Below are positions 38,112 to 49,982 of a stretch of DNA of 64,000 bases, piece after piece. Position 1 is the stretch's first letter, and the number at the start of each line of letters is the position of its first letter. Source of the DNA: Octopus bimaculoides (taxonomy: Eukaryota); NCBI RefSeq assembly GCF_001194135.2, contig NC_068983.1, positions 70,184,509 through 70,248,508 of the forward strand, in the 5' to 3' direction. The translations under genes and the position numbers were made by a program. The notes below the pieces were generated by a model. It searched no databases and was not told where the DNA came from. It saw nothing but the letters and a program-made list of their open reading frames with translations.

Positions 38112-39450
38112 CTAGCTGGACCCGTGAAAAAATTCATGGATAATTTAAATATTGTCCAATGAATAGTTATCATATACAATATAATATATATAATATAATA
38201 TAATAAATTATTGTGTGAAAGTATATATTAAATACATCCATTACAGCACTTCTCTATATACAGTGTTTCTAGTGTAGGTGATTCCCCTTCTGCGACCATG
38301 AGTGGATTCATTTTGAGGTGTCACTTTAACCCTCACACTGTTCATCGCCCTTACTCTTGAAAAAGCTACGTGAAGCTGGAAATGAGTGAAGCATGGCTGT
38401 GGCAAGTGTATGCCAACTCTATCAAATGTTTGCCCCTGTGTTTTATTGATTGTCATAGAATAAGACAGATGAACTGGGAACTGGGTTCGATGAGAATGAA
38501 TGGAATGTTTGCATTGCTTGGAGTAAGTTTGATTCTTGGAATCAGTACTCTCATGTGAGAATGAGATCCACTTATAATTGGTGCTTCGATCCTATGCTCA
38601 TGGAGCTGAAGTACTTCCAAGGGAATTCCGTTGCATAGAGCTTATGTTATAGAGAGGTTTGTAAGAAGCATAATAATTGCTCCAACTTTTAAGTTAAGGC
38701 GATGGGGAAGCATTCCATAAGATGTAAGAGAGTTTATAAACTCCATGGGATAATTCTGGGTTTCTTCATTATCAGAAATTACTGAGTCAGTGCTTAGATG
38801 TGTCTTAGTTTCAGTGGGCAATCTATTTAGAATTTCTTTATTAACTGCTAAGCAGTCGAATTTTTAGGGGATAAGATCACTCTAGTTTTCATTTCTTCTA
38901 TTGTACAGTTGTCAAATATATCAGATACCAAAGAATTGTTACTTATGCAGACCTCAGGAATATCAATAGTATCTTCTGTGAGGTTAACAAGAGAGCTTTG
39001 ACAAAATCCACTTCCAAGTTGTAGTAGCCACCTCGAAAAATCTTGTTCATTTGCATTTGTTCTCATGTTTTGCGTAAGTTGCATTTGATGAAAATTATCC
39101 CACATAGTGGAGCATTTGAGGCAAGCATCAAGTACAGCTGCAGGAGGAACTCTGGGAATAACTTGAAGAACTTGTCTAAAATCTCCTTCTAGTACGATAA
39201 TTTTCCCACCAAATATACTATTACTATTCATATCTCTTAAACAATTATCTATAGCTTTCATAGCATAAACTGGTATCAGTGAAGCTTCATCAATAATGAA
39301 GACTTTTACTCACCTAAGTATATTTCCTTGATCAGAATTTGGTGGAACATTGCACACACTTGTCTCACTCAAAGGAGCTGAAAGCTTGAATATATTGTGA
39401 AAAGTTTTACCACCTTTCAAGAGTGTTGCAGCAATACCAATCCAGAAGCC
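38112..39450 (-). mobile_element. Helitron 3' fragment with decayed PIF1-family helicase and intact 3' terminus
   Basis: Helicase motifs WIGIAATLL.GGKTFH, IIDEAS, FGGKIIVLEGDFRQVL, LTQNMR, TINKTQGQTFDRVGI, QLHVAFSRV. Subterminal hairpin 38122-38139, then CTAG (38112-38115) followed by T on the minus strand. Confidence 0.92.
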
Positions 39451-42436
39451 AAGGGAAATAATTCAAATTTAATCCTGACTTATCTCCCTTAGTGTGACAA
39501 ACACAAACGGTACAAGCGTATTAATATATAGATTACTTTTTTGCATAGAAAGAGGAAGTCTCTTCTACAGTGGATAGAGCATCTTTCTGAGCTGCCTGAA
39601 TAGTTCATGGACTACATTGCATGAGTGTCCCTATTTCTAGTTACTCTTTTATATCAAGCATATTTGGCATTATGGTGCTCTGTCAGTCTGCCAGAGATTC
39701 CATTGTGTCTTTTGTGTACCTATTGCTTGAATTAAGTATGCATTATTATCAATAAAAAGAGCAAAATCAGAAATCAACAAATTTGTGAAAACTATTCACC
39801 CATGAAATTACTAAAACTTTAGGTGCAAAATGTTAGAAAATATGAAAAACAAAATTTTCTAGTTTGTAAGCTGTTTTGGATTTGGAAAAAGAATATTATA
39901 ATTTACTTTCCTTTAACAATCAGTATTTCATTCTGACCAATTTTTCATAAAACAGCAACCTTGTAGAAATTCTATTTTTTATTTACTATGGTGATGTCAC
40001 AGTACTCTATACATTTACTTTTGTTTTCTTTCAAATGTTCACACCATTTTACAACTATTCCAATCAGTCAATTGAATTGGATGTCTTTTAGCATTTTATT
40101 GTGTGTACCTATATACTTGAATGTAATTCTTATCTAAAATTCTTTACATGACAAAATTTCAACATTCTGGACTGTATTCTCCACACAAAAAAAAAAAAAG
40201 CCATTCATCTAACTGGTAAACTTTTACTAACCAGCTACAAACACTGATGTGCACTTTTTTTCAGACTATCCTTTAACTATCCTTTCCAATAAAGAATACA
40301 CTGATTGAAGAAAATGATGAATTATTTACACCTGGTATGCCTTTGATCATCAGTCTTCTCAGTCAGATCCAACTTGAAGTTATAACAACAACCGGCATTA
40401 TTCCTACTACATTGGTTGCTGTACCTCTGTACTAAAAGGCTGTTTAACATTTACCTGAGTTCAATTAATTCACTTGTCTCCCATCCTTTTTCCAAAGTTA
40501 TGATATCTCATCTTCTTTAATTGACACACTTCGCCCTGTCTGCAGTCCTCTCGAACCACCTCCCAGCTCACTTGCGGAGCATTAAGCTGGAAATCCAGTA
40601 ACATCAGCTTCACTAGTTTGCAAAATCTATGAGAAACATATTTTTTGGTAGTAAAATCTTGTGACTTAAATTAAAACATCGGATTGAAGTTTCACCTCTA
40701 TTCTATTAAAGCTGATTGATATATGTAAATAAACTATTGGAGTTCTAGAGCAAATGTGTTTTTACTATAATTATTACTGGTTATTTAGAGTTAGTTTGAT
40801 AATAATCTCTCTTAGATTACAGTGAGAAAGGTGTTTATTCTCAGGTCAGACTTAGGATTAAAGGCATTCCAGTCATGATGCTCCTGGCTATGGTTATTCA
40901 TACAAAGTGACCTGGAGTTATTCTATCCATTTTGTCTATTTTCTAAGACAGAATGATTTGACTGCTTTTTTCTAGTATCTTGAGTGACCACAAAGAAATT
41001 CTTTTTCTCTGATAGTTCATAGTTTTATTTCAAATCCAGCATTTTTCTCACATAGAGCCTACCAAATGAATGTGGTATTTGATTTGATCTGCTTTCGTTT
41101 ACAAAAGAATTAACAGTTAAAAAATCTTTTTTTAAAACCTTCTCTAAGTTTCTTAAAACAGTATTTATTAAATTGTTTCAGATGATTTCTAGCATTTAAC
41201 TGATTTATCTGGAAACTCAATTGTATTAAAGAAGGCATAGATGTTACAACTATTTTTTTCTTACATCATATTTCGAAGTACAATTAATCAATGTAAAGTA
41301 TGCAGTGTACTTCACATGAATGGATGGTTTCTCTGTCATGCTATTAAATCTTTCTAATAAAACCTTTGGACAGTTGCTAACTTATACTTCTCATCTCTAA
41401 AATTTTATCTAAAGTATTTTTTTATTTATTGTATACTGACCACTTCTTATCTCTTTGTGATTCAATACCTTCCATTGCTATGGGCCTTCTTAATTCTTCA
41501 TCTCATCTGTAAAATGTTACTTTTATCTCACAGACATGAAAAGAATAGTAGTTTTAGAAGACTTTGCTCTAGACACTGTCATTTTATAGATACATATTAC
41601 ATTTACCATTGATTTCTTTCCTTCATTTACATGTATTTATTCTCTATCATGCAGTTAACTGTTTCACAACAAAATATATCAATATCCTATTTCCTAGAAC
41701 TTTCTCAATGCAACAAAAAATTTCATTCACCTGGTCTTTTATACTACAAATAAATGAATGCCTACTTGCAAGCTCTCACACTTCTGTTGCTTTTCACTGA
41801 CTCTTTCTAAATCAGATCTGAGTATATCTGCCTCTGTTAATATCTCTTTGTAACTTTCATATCAGTTCTCTATTATGAGCATATTTGTATAGTTAGTATT
41901 TTTTATTTTTCCTAAAAAGCATCTCAAATATTTTTTTTTTTATAATGTACATTCTTTGCTTCAAAATATATCACATTACCAACAATCAAATATAAATTCA
42001 GTGGCAATCTTCTTTTTACTTATGAGAATATGGAAAGATTCTGGATTTATCTATTCAAGCATAACACCACCTGCAATGAAAGCTGTTAGTCTATTAATTT
42101 GAAAATTTGGATACAATGTCTTAGCGAAAATATTTTACATATATCATTTTTTGAAAATATTATCTATTAATGAACAAAATGATGATATTTCAGAAAATAC
42201 TTGTCATGTTTCATGTATCAGTTGAGAAGTACTCTGGCAGTTAAGTCTCACTGCAATCATATCTCTTCTGTTTTTAATCTATAGCATTTGGTTGAAAGTT
42301 TGGGAAAGTTTTGAAGTTGTTTTCGTTTGGAAGCGTTAAATAATCTGTGACGGCCAAGTTGGAGGAATTGTGCTGCAGTAGTAGTTGTATAGCAGAGTTT
42401 GATGATATCATTCCAAATTATGGCCTATATTATCTG

Positions 42437-43711
42437 ATGGAAGAAGAAAATAGCGATAAAACGAACCCTTATCGAAGTTCTCGTGATTCAGATATGTATG
42501 ACAGGCTTGATTCTAGGGAAGGTGCCAAGCACATGTCACAGCCTGACTATAGTGTCAACCCTCAGACATTATTGGAAAACTATGTGGAGAAGAAAGTTCG
42601 TTTTGCTGGAGTGATTCCAGATGTGCAGATTGATGATGTCACAAACAGAACAGATGTATTACGCATTATTGATGAAGGCAAGAAACAAGGCAGAGTCCAT
42701 CATCGGACAACAGATAAGGAGCATGGCACTTGCTTCACACTCAATGTACACAACATAAAGCTGACCTGCAAAGATGAGTTGCTACTTCGTATCTGCATCC
42801 ATGAGATAGCAGCAGTGTGTTACATCAAAGACGACAACGACTACATTCTACCGATTAAATACGGAGTTCCAGAGAAATGTAACTTGGCTGTACTTTATGT
42901 TGACGACAAGATGCAAGCTGAAGAAATTTGTGCATTGGTCAACCAATGTTTCCAGCTTGTTTATGCCGATGTAGCCATTCAGTTCATCAACATCAACTNN
43001 NNNNNNNNTTTCCAGCTTGTTTATGCCGATGTAGCCATTCAGTTCATCAACATCAACTTAAATGGTGCTTTCGGAACATCAGTGCCTTCTTCAAACACAC
43101 AGAGTGACTCCACCACTATTAACAATGCCCAAGACACAGCACTGAAACCATCGTATATAAAAACAAAAGACCAGAACCTTACCAAGAACAACACTTCATC
43201 CTACAGCCGTTCCCCAAAAGCATCCAAGCACACAATTAGTGGAACCACCGAAAGTGAGATTAGTCTGACTGGTGGTGATTATTCTGAGGTCATTCAAGAT
43301 TATCTGAAGAAGCTGCACAAATGCCTCACCAAAACAGAACTGTGTCAGTTTGCTGTTCTGCTCACTGCCCGACAGAAAGGTGCAACCACAGGAGAATTTT
43401 GCAAAGAAGTTTTCAATTTGTTCGGACAAGAAAGGAAACATATGATGACTGGCATGGGTCCTTTCATAGAAGCAAAAGACTATCATGTGTTTGAAGAATT
43501 CCTGTCTAAAAATTCTATGGCGCTTCCAGCAAATGGCCATGGTATCATCTCCAGCTTCCACAGCAATTCTCAGCTCTGCAAAGACAACAGCATTACAACT
43601 CACTCAATAAACAGCGGAGATATGGATGAATTTGATCGAATGATGGACTGCATCTCAGATCAGATCGATAACATGGAGAACAGTGTCGATGTGGACAGCT
43701 TTGTGTCATGA
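42437..43711 (+). CDS. CCM2: Cerebral cavernous malformations 2 / malcavernin homolog, single coding exon (PTB domain plus harmonin-homology domain); about 404 aa after removing an assembly duplication
   Basis: Uninterrupted ORF starting MEEE, as human CCM2 does. PTB motifs: LLENYVEKKVRFAG, RTDVLRII, LLRICIHEIAAVCYIKDD, AEEICALVNQCFQLVY. HHD motifs: QDYLKKL, QFAVLL, EFC, FIEAKD..FEEFL. C-terminal DEFDRMMDCISDQI. A 50-nt overlap plus 10 N at 42949-43058 adds 20 spurious codons. Confidence 0.95.
   Translation: MEEENSDKTNPYRSSRDSDMYDRLDSREGAKHMSQPDYSVNPQTLLENYVEKKVRFAGVIPDVQIDDVTNRTDVLRIIDEGKKQGRVHHRTTDKEHGTCFTLNVHNIKLTCKDELLLRICIHEIAAVCYIKDDNDYILPIKYGVPEKCNLAVLYVDDKMQAEEICALVNQCFQLVYADVAIQFININXXXXFQLVYADVAIQFININLNGAFGTSVPSSNTQSDSTTINNAQDTALKPSYIKTKDQNLTKNNTSSYSRSPKASKHTISGTTESEISLTGGDYSEVIQDYLKKLHKCLTKTELCQFAVLLTARQKGATTGEFCKEVFNLFGQERKHMMTGMGPFIEAKDYHVFEEFLSKNSMALPANGHGIISSFHSNSQLCKDNSITTHSINSGDMDEFDRMMDCISDQIDNMENSVDVDSFVS
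42949..43058. other. Assembly artefact: 10-N gap with a 50-nt overlap repeated on both sides
   Basis: 42949-42998 equals 43009-43058. Similar 10-N gaps with repeated flanks occur at 15604-15613, 19336-19345, 47345-47354 and 52120-52129. Confidence 0.9.
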
Positions 43712-44074
43712 AATCTGACTTCCCCCCCACCCATATACAGACCTTCTTGCCTTCTCNNNNNNNNNNNNNNNNNNNNNNNNNNNNNNNNNNNNNNNNNNNN
43801 NNNNNNNNNNNNNNNNNNNNNNNNNNNNNNNNNNNNNNNNNNNNNNNNNNNNNNNNNNNNNNNNNNNNNNNNNNNNNNNNNNNNNNNNNNNNNNNNNNNN
43901 NNNNNNNNNNNNNNNNNNNNNNNNNNNNNNNNNNNNNNNNNNNNNNNNNNNNNNNNNNNNNNNNNNNNNNNNNNNNNNNNNNNNNNNNNNNNNNNNNNNN
44001 NNNNNNNNNNNNNNNNNNNNNNTTTTTTTTTGTTATATACAACTATCTTCCTTTCTCTCCCTCTCTCTCTTTCT

Positions 44075-44242
44075 AAAAGCACCCACTACACTCTCGGAGT
44101 GGTTGGCGTTAGGAAGGGCATCCAGCTGTAGAAACTCTGCCAAATTAGATTGGAGCCTGGTGTTGCCATCCGGTTTCACCAGTCCTCAGTCAAATCGTCC
44201 AACCCATGCTAGCAGATGTTAAACAATGATGATGATGATGAT
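44075..44242 (+). mobile_element. RTE-family 3' tail fragment just downstream of CCM2
   Basis: aaagcacccactacactctcggagtggttggcgttaggaagggcatccagc..gatgatgatg. Confidence 0.85.
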
Positions 44243-44539
44243 TTATCAGAAAAAAAAAGAAAAAAACTCCACAACTTCAGCAAATGAATCATTGCATCTG
44301 CAAAGCAAGAAAAATAGTAAACTAATGGATAAGTGATGCATTCTACTGTTTTATATATGGGAGAATACCACTGTCTGAATTGCCTTTCCAAGATATCTCT
44401 GCTTAATACTCATATGACATAATTGATGCATGCTCCAAAGTGCAACCTCCTTGGCTTTAATTATTTTTTAATTTCATTTATGTAGCCAATACTTAGTTTT
44501 TTTTATTCCTCCCAGTAATATTAATATATCTAATATATA

Positions 44540-45813
44540 CACAGACATGTAGGAAGTAAATAGACACCTTTAATTTTCAAAATCTTTTATTTCATATGCA
44601 AGTAAACAATTGAAATATAATCGATAGGTAGGACTACATACTTTAGTATTTAGTTGACATTCCCTTTGCAGTTTTTAATTCAGAAACTTTTTGGCATTGA
44701 ACTGATGAGTTTTGTGATTGTCTCTTGTGGAATTTCTGCCCACTTTTCATGCAACAATCGAAACAATTCATTTTTAGATTTAGGTTTCTGTCGAGTTTTT
44801 CATATAGCTCTATCTAGTATACTCCAAAGATTTTCAATTGGGTTCATGTCAGGAGATTGGCTCAGCCAAGAAAGCTTTTTGGTCCCATTTTCAGTCAGCC
44901 ATTGTTGATTCCTTTTCACTGTGTGACATGAAGCCCCATCTTTCATGAATAAAAACTCATTTTTCGTTATGTTATCGTGTGAATACATCGGAAATAGTCC
45001 TTGTTTCAGTATTTCGATGTATTTTTCAGAGTTTATGGTTCTAACACATTTGATCAGCTCAGAACGACCATTGCTAGTGACAGCTCCCCATACCATTACA
45101 GAGATACTGCCATGTTTTGCAGTTGGTTGGAGTCATTTCAAATCAAATTCTTGATTGGGAAGCCTCCAGACCCAAACACGTCCACTGTCTGAAAATAATG
45201 CAGATCTGGATTCATCTGAGAAAGTCACTTTATCCCAAAATGAACTGGATTTTTCTGACATTTCCTTAGCCCATTTCTTTCTTTTCATGATATTAATTGG
45301 TTGAAGGAGAGGTTTTCTTCTAACTGCTCATCCTTAATACCCAAGCTTATGGAGATATGTAACACACGTTCTTGGAGTAACTTCTAGCTGTTTTGCAATG
45401 GCAGAAGCCTTCGAACGGGGTTCGTTTTCCACAATTCTCTTCAAACAGTGAAGCTTCCTTTCCGAGGGCCCAGGTCGACCAGGATGAAAGATCTGCTGAT
45501 TCTTTTCCTTGGCTTTTGAATTGCACTATAATTCTATTAACAGTAGCAAGAGGAATTCGAAGATTTTCTGCAATTTTTTGCTGGCTAAGACCAGCCTCAG
45601 ATTGCCCAACAATATGACCTCTTTGAAAATCTGACAGTTTTGCTGAATTTTTTGTGCGTGGCATGGTTAATCTTCACAAATGTTTAATATAATGGCACCT
45701 GGAATGAGAAAGAGTAATTACATTGTAAATTATACACTGCTAAAACATATTAAGATGCTTAGATCAAAAATTTTGAAAATTAAAGGTGTCTATTTACTTC
45801 CTTCATGTCTGTG
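44540..45813 (-). mobile_element. Full-length (1274 bp) Tc1-family DD34E transposon with disrupted transposase
   Basis: About 44-bp TIRs (cacagacatg[t/a]aggaagtaaatagacacctttaattttcaaaat) flanked by TA on both sides. N-terminal HTH ([19 protein letters not shown]); catalytic KDGASCH-x-SPDMNPIENLW with 34-residue D-E spacing; frameshifts and stops. Confidence 0.95.
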
Positions 45814-46931
45814 TATATAAAATATATTTTATTTGGTTTTAGCGATTGTGTCTCCTTAGTGGAAGCGCATTGATTGAGTGGTTTAGATGTAGACCTACCT
45901 GCTCATGATTTTAAATCTGATTTTTTTTTCTTTTTTTTTTTTGTCTATTTTGCATTTACTCAGCTATTGGAAACAGACATTAAATCATTTAGAAATGTTA
46001 CCTGTGATAGGAAAGACATGTATCCTATCCTAATGAAATCCATCTTGCATACACTTAAGCTTATGAAACCAGAGTCAAGGACCAACCCTTTAAAACTTGA
46101 CTAGTCTTAGAAGATAATTACATATTTTTAGCATAGAGTTTCCCATTACTAAAATTTTGTATGAAGTTTTATGTTTCTAATGTTCTTTGTGGTATGATAT
46201 GTTCAGAAAAACTCTCAGAAGAATGTAAAATGTTCATGACAAGCATATATTATTACTTCCAAATTGCAACTGCATTAAATTGTTGCGAAGACTGCTTCAT
46301 ATTTACTAAATGTGACTGATATTGGTTTCTGAAGCATGCAATTTGATATCATAAACATATTGTCTCTTCTCTTCATCTTCTGTTACAACTGGTATGGGGG
46401 ATTTTGCTCCTTGGAGCTAGCTATCACCTCCACTCAAGCTCTCCCAACTTAACCATCTCTACTTCTCTCATTACCCACATTGTGTCATATCCACTGGCCC
46501 TTCAATAACTACTGTTCCCAGTCCTTCCTAACCAAGATGCCCACCTTCTGTAATTCTCTCTTGGCACATATTTTCCCTGCATCCATTAAATTGCTGCTGT
46601 TCAAGAGCAAAGTTACCTGTATTAAAACAATCAGCCTTAAAGGATTTGCAAAGATAATGGGCATAGTCTCTTTCCCCAGATCAAATAATAAATAGAATTT
46701 TAAAATGGTAAAAACGCCATATGGCTTGTGTGCAAGTTGAGTTTGAGTGCATTGTGTGGTATATAGAATAACAACAATCTTATGATAGAGACTAGGAGTG
46801 TTTATTCATTATTTCATTCTACTCTTGTATAAAATATGCTTGAAAAATATTCTTAGGAATATTATTTAATTTCTTTATCTAACTATTGAGTTTTTATTTT
46901 GTTTTACATTTTTATCCTATCTTTATTACAG

Positions 46932-47038
46932 CGGAAGGATTACATCTGGCTCACCTAATGTCTGCTCACGGCTATCTTTTCCCTATTGATGACCATGTGT
47001 TAACGGTTAAAAATGACAACACGTATTACCGTTTCCAG
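46932..47038 (+). CDS. RGS7: RGS7/RGS6-family internal coding exon, DEP domain ([36 protein letters not shown])
   Basis: 107-nt exon, ttacAG acceptor and GTaag donor. Closely matches human RGS7 [36 protein letters not shown]. Confidence 0.95.
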
Positions 47039-47123
47039 GTAAGGTATATCTTTTTGACTCCTTCATTCGCTTTAGCTTTTGATTATATTTTCTCTATTCA
47101 AAATATGGGGTGTTTGATTACTC

Positions 47124-47309
47124 TTTTACTTGTTTCAGTCATTTGACTGCAGCCATGCTGGAGTACCACCTTTAGTCGAGCAAATTGACCCCAGGACTTA
47201 TTCTTTGTACTTATTCTATCGGTCTCTTTTGCCAAACTGCTAAGTTTCAGGGACGTAAACACATGAGCATCGGTTGTCAAGCGATGTTGGGGGGACAAAC
47301 ACAGACACA

Positions 47310-47344
<35 letters not shown>

Positions 47345-47378
47345 NNNNNNNNNNGTTGGGGGGACAAACACAGACACA

Positions 47379-47425
<47 letters not shown>

Positions 47426-47588
47426 GGCAGGTTTCTTCCAGTTTCCGTCTACTAAATCCACTCACAAGGCTTTGGTTGACCTGAGGCTAAAGTGGAAGAC
47501 ACTCACCCAAGGTGCTACACAGTGGGACTGAACCCAGAACCATGTGGTTGGTAAACAAGCTACATACTACACAGCCACTCCTGCGCCT
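47124..47588 (-). mobile_element. tRNA-derived CORE-like SINE with an internal (CA)n microsatellite
   Basis: Head aggcgcaggagtggctgtgtag..ggttctgggttcagtcccact; caccttgggtgagtgtcttc core; internal dinucleotide tract; tail ending ..gactgaaacaagtaaaa. Confidence 0.88.
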
Positions 47589-47713
47589 AAAATTCTATTG
47601 AAAAGAATTCTGAGAAGGATGTAAAATGTTTATTCAATTCATTACTATTATCAATAATTCAAAACAATGTAAGTAAATAAGTAATACAGTTGACAAATGC
47701 TAAGGGATTAAAG

Positions 47714-47994
47714 CAGGGGTTTTCAAAATGTGGTCCGCGGACCACAGGGGGTCCACAAGGACAAGACAGCAAATACTTTTTATGGGCAATTTGATGTTAA
47801 ATATGTTTTTTAATCGAAATCTTTTAATTGACAATAAACCTATTTGTTAAATACTGTGAAATAAATAAATGTAAAAATATATGTTATTTTAAGCAAATAT
47901 TTATGTATAAATTTCATAAGCATTTATAGGGGGTCCCTAAGATAAAGCCTGAAATATGAAGGGGTCCGCAAGTCAAAAAGTTTGAAAACCCCTG
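47714..47994. mobile_element. 281-bp hAT-type MITE
   Basis: Perfect 14-bp TIRs caggggttttcaaa / tttgaaaacccctg; perfect 8-bp TSD gattaaag at 47706-47713 and 47995-48002. Confidence 0.92.
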
Positions 47995-48369
47995 GATTAA
48001 AGCATTGTCCCATCATGATTACAGTCTGGAACAAGTCAAAGCAAAACAAGTAAAAATGACTGGAACAAGTAAAAGCAAAAGATGAAAGCTATTTTATTCT
48101 TAGCTGAGTTTTGAGTTTTGAAGCATTTCTATATGTTATTGATCACCGTAAAATTATAACCTAAAACATTATTATTGTGACGTCTGTATCCTTAAGTTGG
48201 TGCTTTGTTGTCTTCAAATTTAGTTTTTCAAAACATGTAAACACATATTAGTAAACTCTAATTTATGTACAAATATTTTAAGTTTTTTCTTTTTCAATAA
48301 TTTCAACTGAGTTTTCAATAATTTCAAGCAATGAGTTTGTTTTTTGCCTCTCTGTTTCTCTCACTCACT

Positions 48370-48408
<39 letters not shown>

Positions 48409-48740
48409 CAGCAGCAGCAGCAGCAGCAGGACTGGTGGTGTTGATAGAGGTTGTAGTGGTGGTGGTTGTAGTGGTAGTGGTTGCAGCGTTGGTAGCTGTG
48501 GTGGTAGCTGTTGTAGTGATGGTGGTGGTTTTAGTTGTAGTGGTTGCAGTGTTGGTAGTTGTGGTAGTAATGGTTGTAGGGGTAGTAGTTGTTGTGGTAG
48601 TGGTTTTAATGGTCATGGTAGTGGTTGTAGTGGTGCTTTGGTTGTGGTGACAGTGGTGGTGGTGGTAGTAGTAGTAGTGGTGTTAGTGTTAATGTTTGTG
48701 GTTGTGGTACTAGTAGTGGTAGCAGTAGTTGCAGCTGTAG
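48370..48740. repeat. Compound trinucleotide low-complexity tract (AGT/AGC/GGT/TGT)
   Basis: Pure (AGT)n grading into degenerate GGT/TGT triplets. Confidence 0.9.
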
Positions 48741-49617
48741 TGCTTCATAGGATATTTGAACATTTTTATATGTATTATATTCCAAGTATTATACTGTCTA
48801 ATTAATTAGATTTAAATTTTTTCAACAACTCAGTAGCCTTTATTTTATCTTTTTTTTTTAATGAATGTGTGTGTATGTGTCTTAGTGGGGAGTATGCACA
48901 CACATGCATGACGCATACACACACACATTGCTTGTAAAATTTAAGACAATCAATATCTTTATTTTCTCTGTCTTAAATGTCATCGCATTCATTTAAATGC
49001 ATAATTTATCAGTTTAGTACTACTGTTTATACTGTTGAAGTGTTGCTTCAATACTATACAATTTTGCACAGTGTTATCATGTAACTTAGTTATTTCATTG
49101 CTTTTATTCATTTTATAGTTCACATTAATTTGTTTTGTTTGTTTTGTTTTTTTTTCATTTTAGCTTGAGTGAGATAGTTTTACAAATTTAGACATTTGCA
49201 CACTGTTAGGTTAGAAAAAGGGATGTTAAATTATAATGATGATGATGACGATGTGTGTGTGTGTATATTTATCTCTTCTTAACTTTGGTTTTTTCTTCAC
49301 TGCTATTTCTAATCAATTAAGCAACACTGAAATAGAGGAAGTACTAAAGATTATGGTTTTTCAAAACTGCTAGCTTTAACTTTAGAGATGAGAACTTTTT
49401 AAACATCTACATGTACCTATGTGTCAGTTGATTTGATATATGATTGTTACAAAATCCTTTATTCCTGGATATATACACAGACTAGAATAAAAACAGTAAC
49501 CTTTCTTTTTAAACTAAAAGTAATAACACTGTTATCCATTAGACCATTGAGAAATGAAAAGCTCATTTTGTACTTAGTAAATCAATCTGCCAAATTGTTC
49601 CTATATATATCTGTTGA

Positions 49618-49982
49618 GTGGAGGCGCAATGGCCCAATGGTTAGGGCAGCGGTTTCGATTCCCAGACCGGGCGTTGTGAGTGTTTATTGAGTGAAAACAC
49701 CAAAAGCTCCACGAGGCTCCGGCAGGAGATGGTGGTGAACCCTGCTGTACTCTTTCACCACAACTTTCTCTCACTCTTACTTCCTGTTTCTGTTGTACCT
49801 GTAATTCAAAGGGTCAGCCTTGTCACACTGTGTCACACTGAATATCCCCAAGAACTACGTTAAGGGTACACGTGTCTGTGGAGTGCTCAGCCACTTGCAC
49901 GTTAATTTCACGAGCTGGCTGTTCCGTTGATCGGATCAACTGGAACCCTCAACGCCGTAAGCGACGGAGTGCCAACAACAAC
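49618..49982 (+). mobile_element. Same tRNA-derived SINE family, short deletion between A and B boxes, 11-bp TSD
   Basis: Highly similar to 14025-14412; TSD atatctgttga at 49607-49617 and 49983-49993. Confidence 0.92.

Noticed and set aside
42949-43058. Apparent 20-aa tandem duplication or insertion in the CCM2 PTB domain
   Set aside because: Exact 50-nt overlap around a 10-N gap. The same pattern occurs at four other gaps, so it is a scaffolding artefact.
43196-43603. 135-aa minus-strand ORF overlapping CCM2 (likewise 60165-60557 opposite the mariner)
   Set aside because: Antisense shadow ORFs of real coding sequence with no recognisable motifs.
38112-43711. Helitron capture of CCM2
   Set aside because: The Helitron fragment is on the opposite strand and ends about 3 kb from CCM2, and no matching 5' end beyond CCM2 was found. 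Intron loss points to retroposition instead.
48344-48805. Ser/Gly/Cys-rich ORF resembling a keratin-associated or metallothionein-like protein
   Set aside because: Translation of degenerate trinucleotide repeats with a non-ATG start, open in several frames on both strands, with no splice support.
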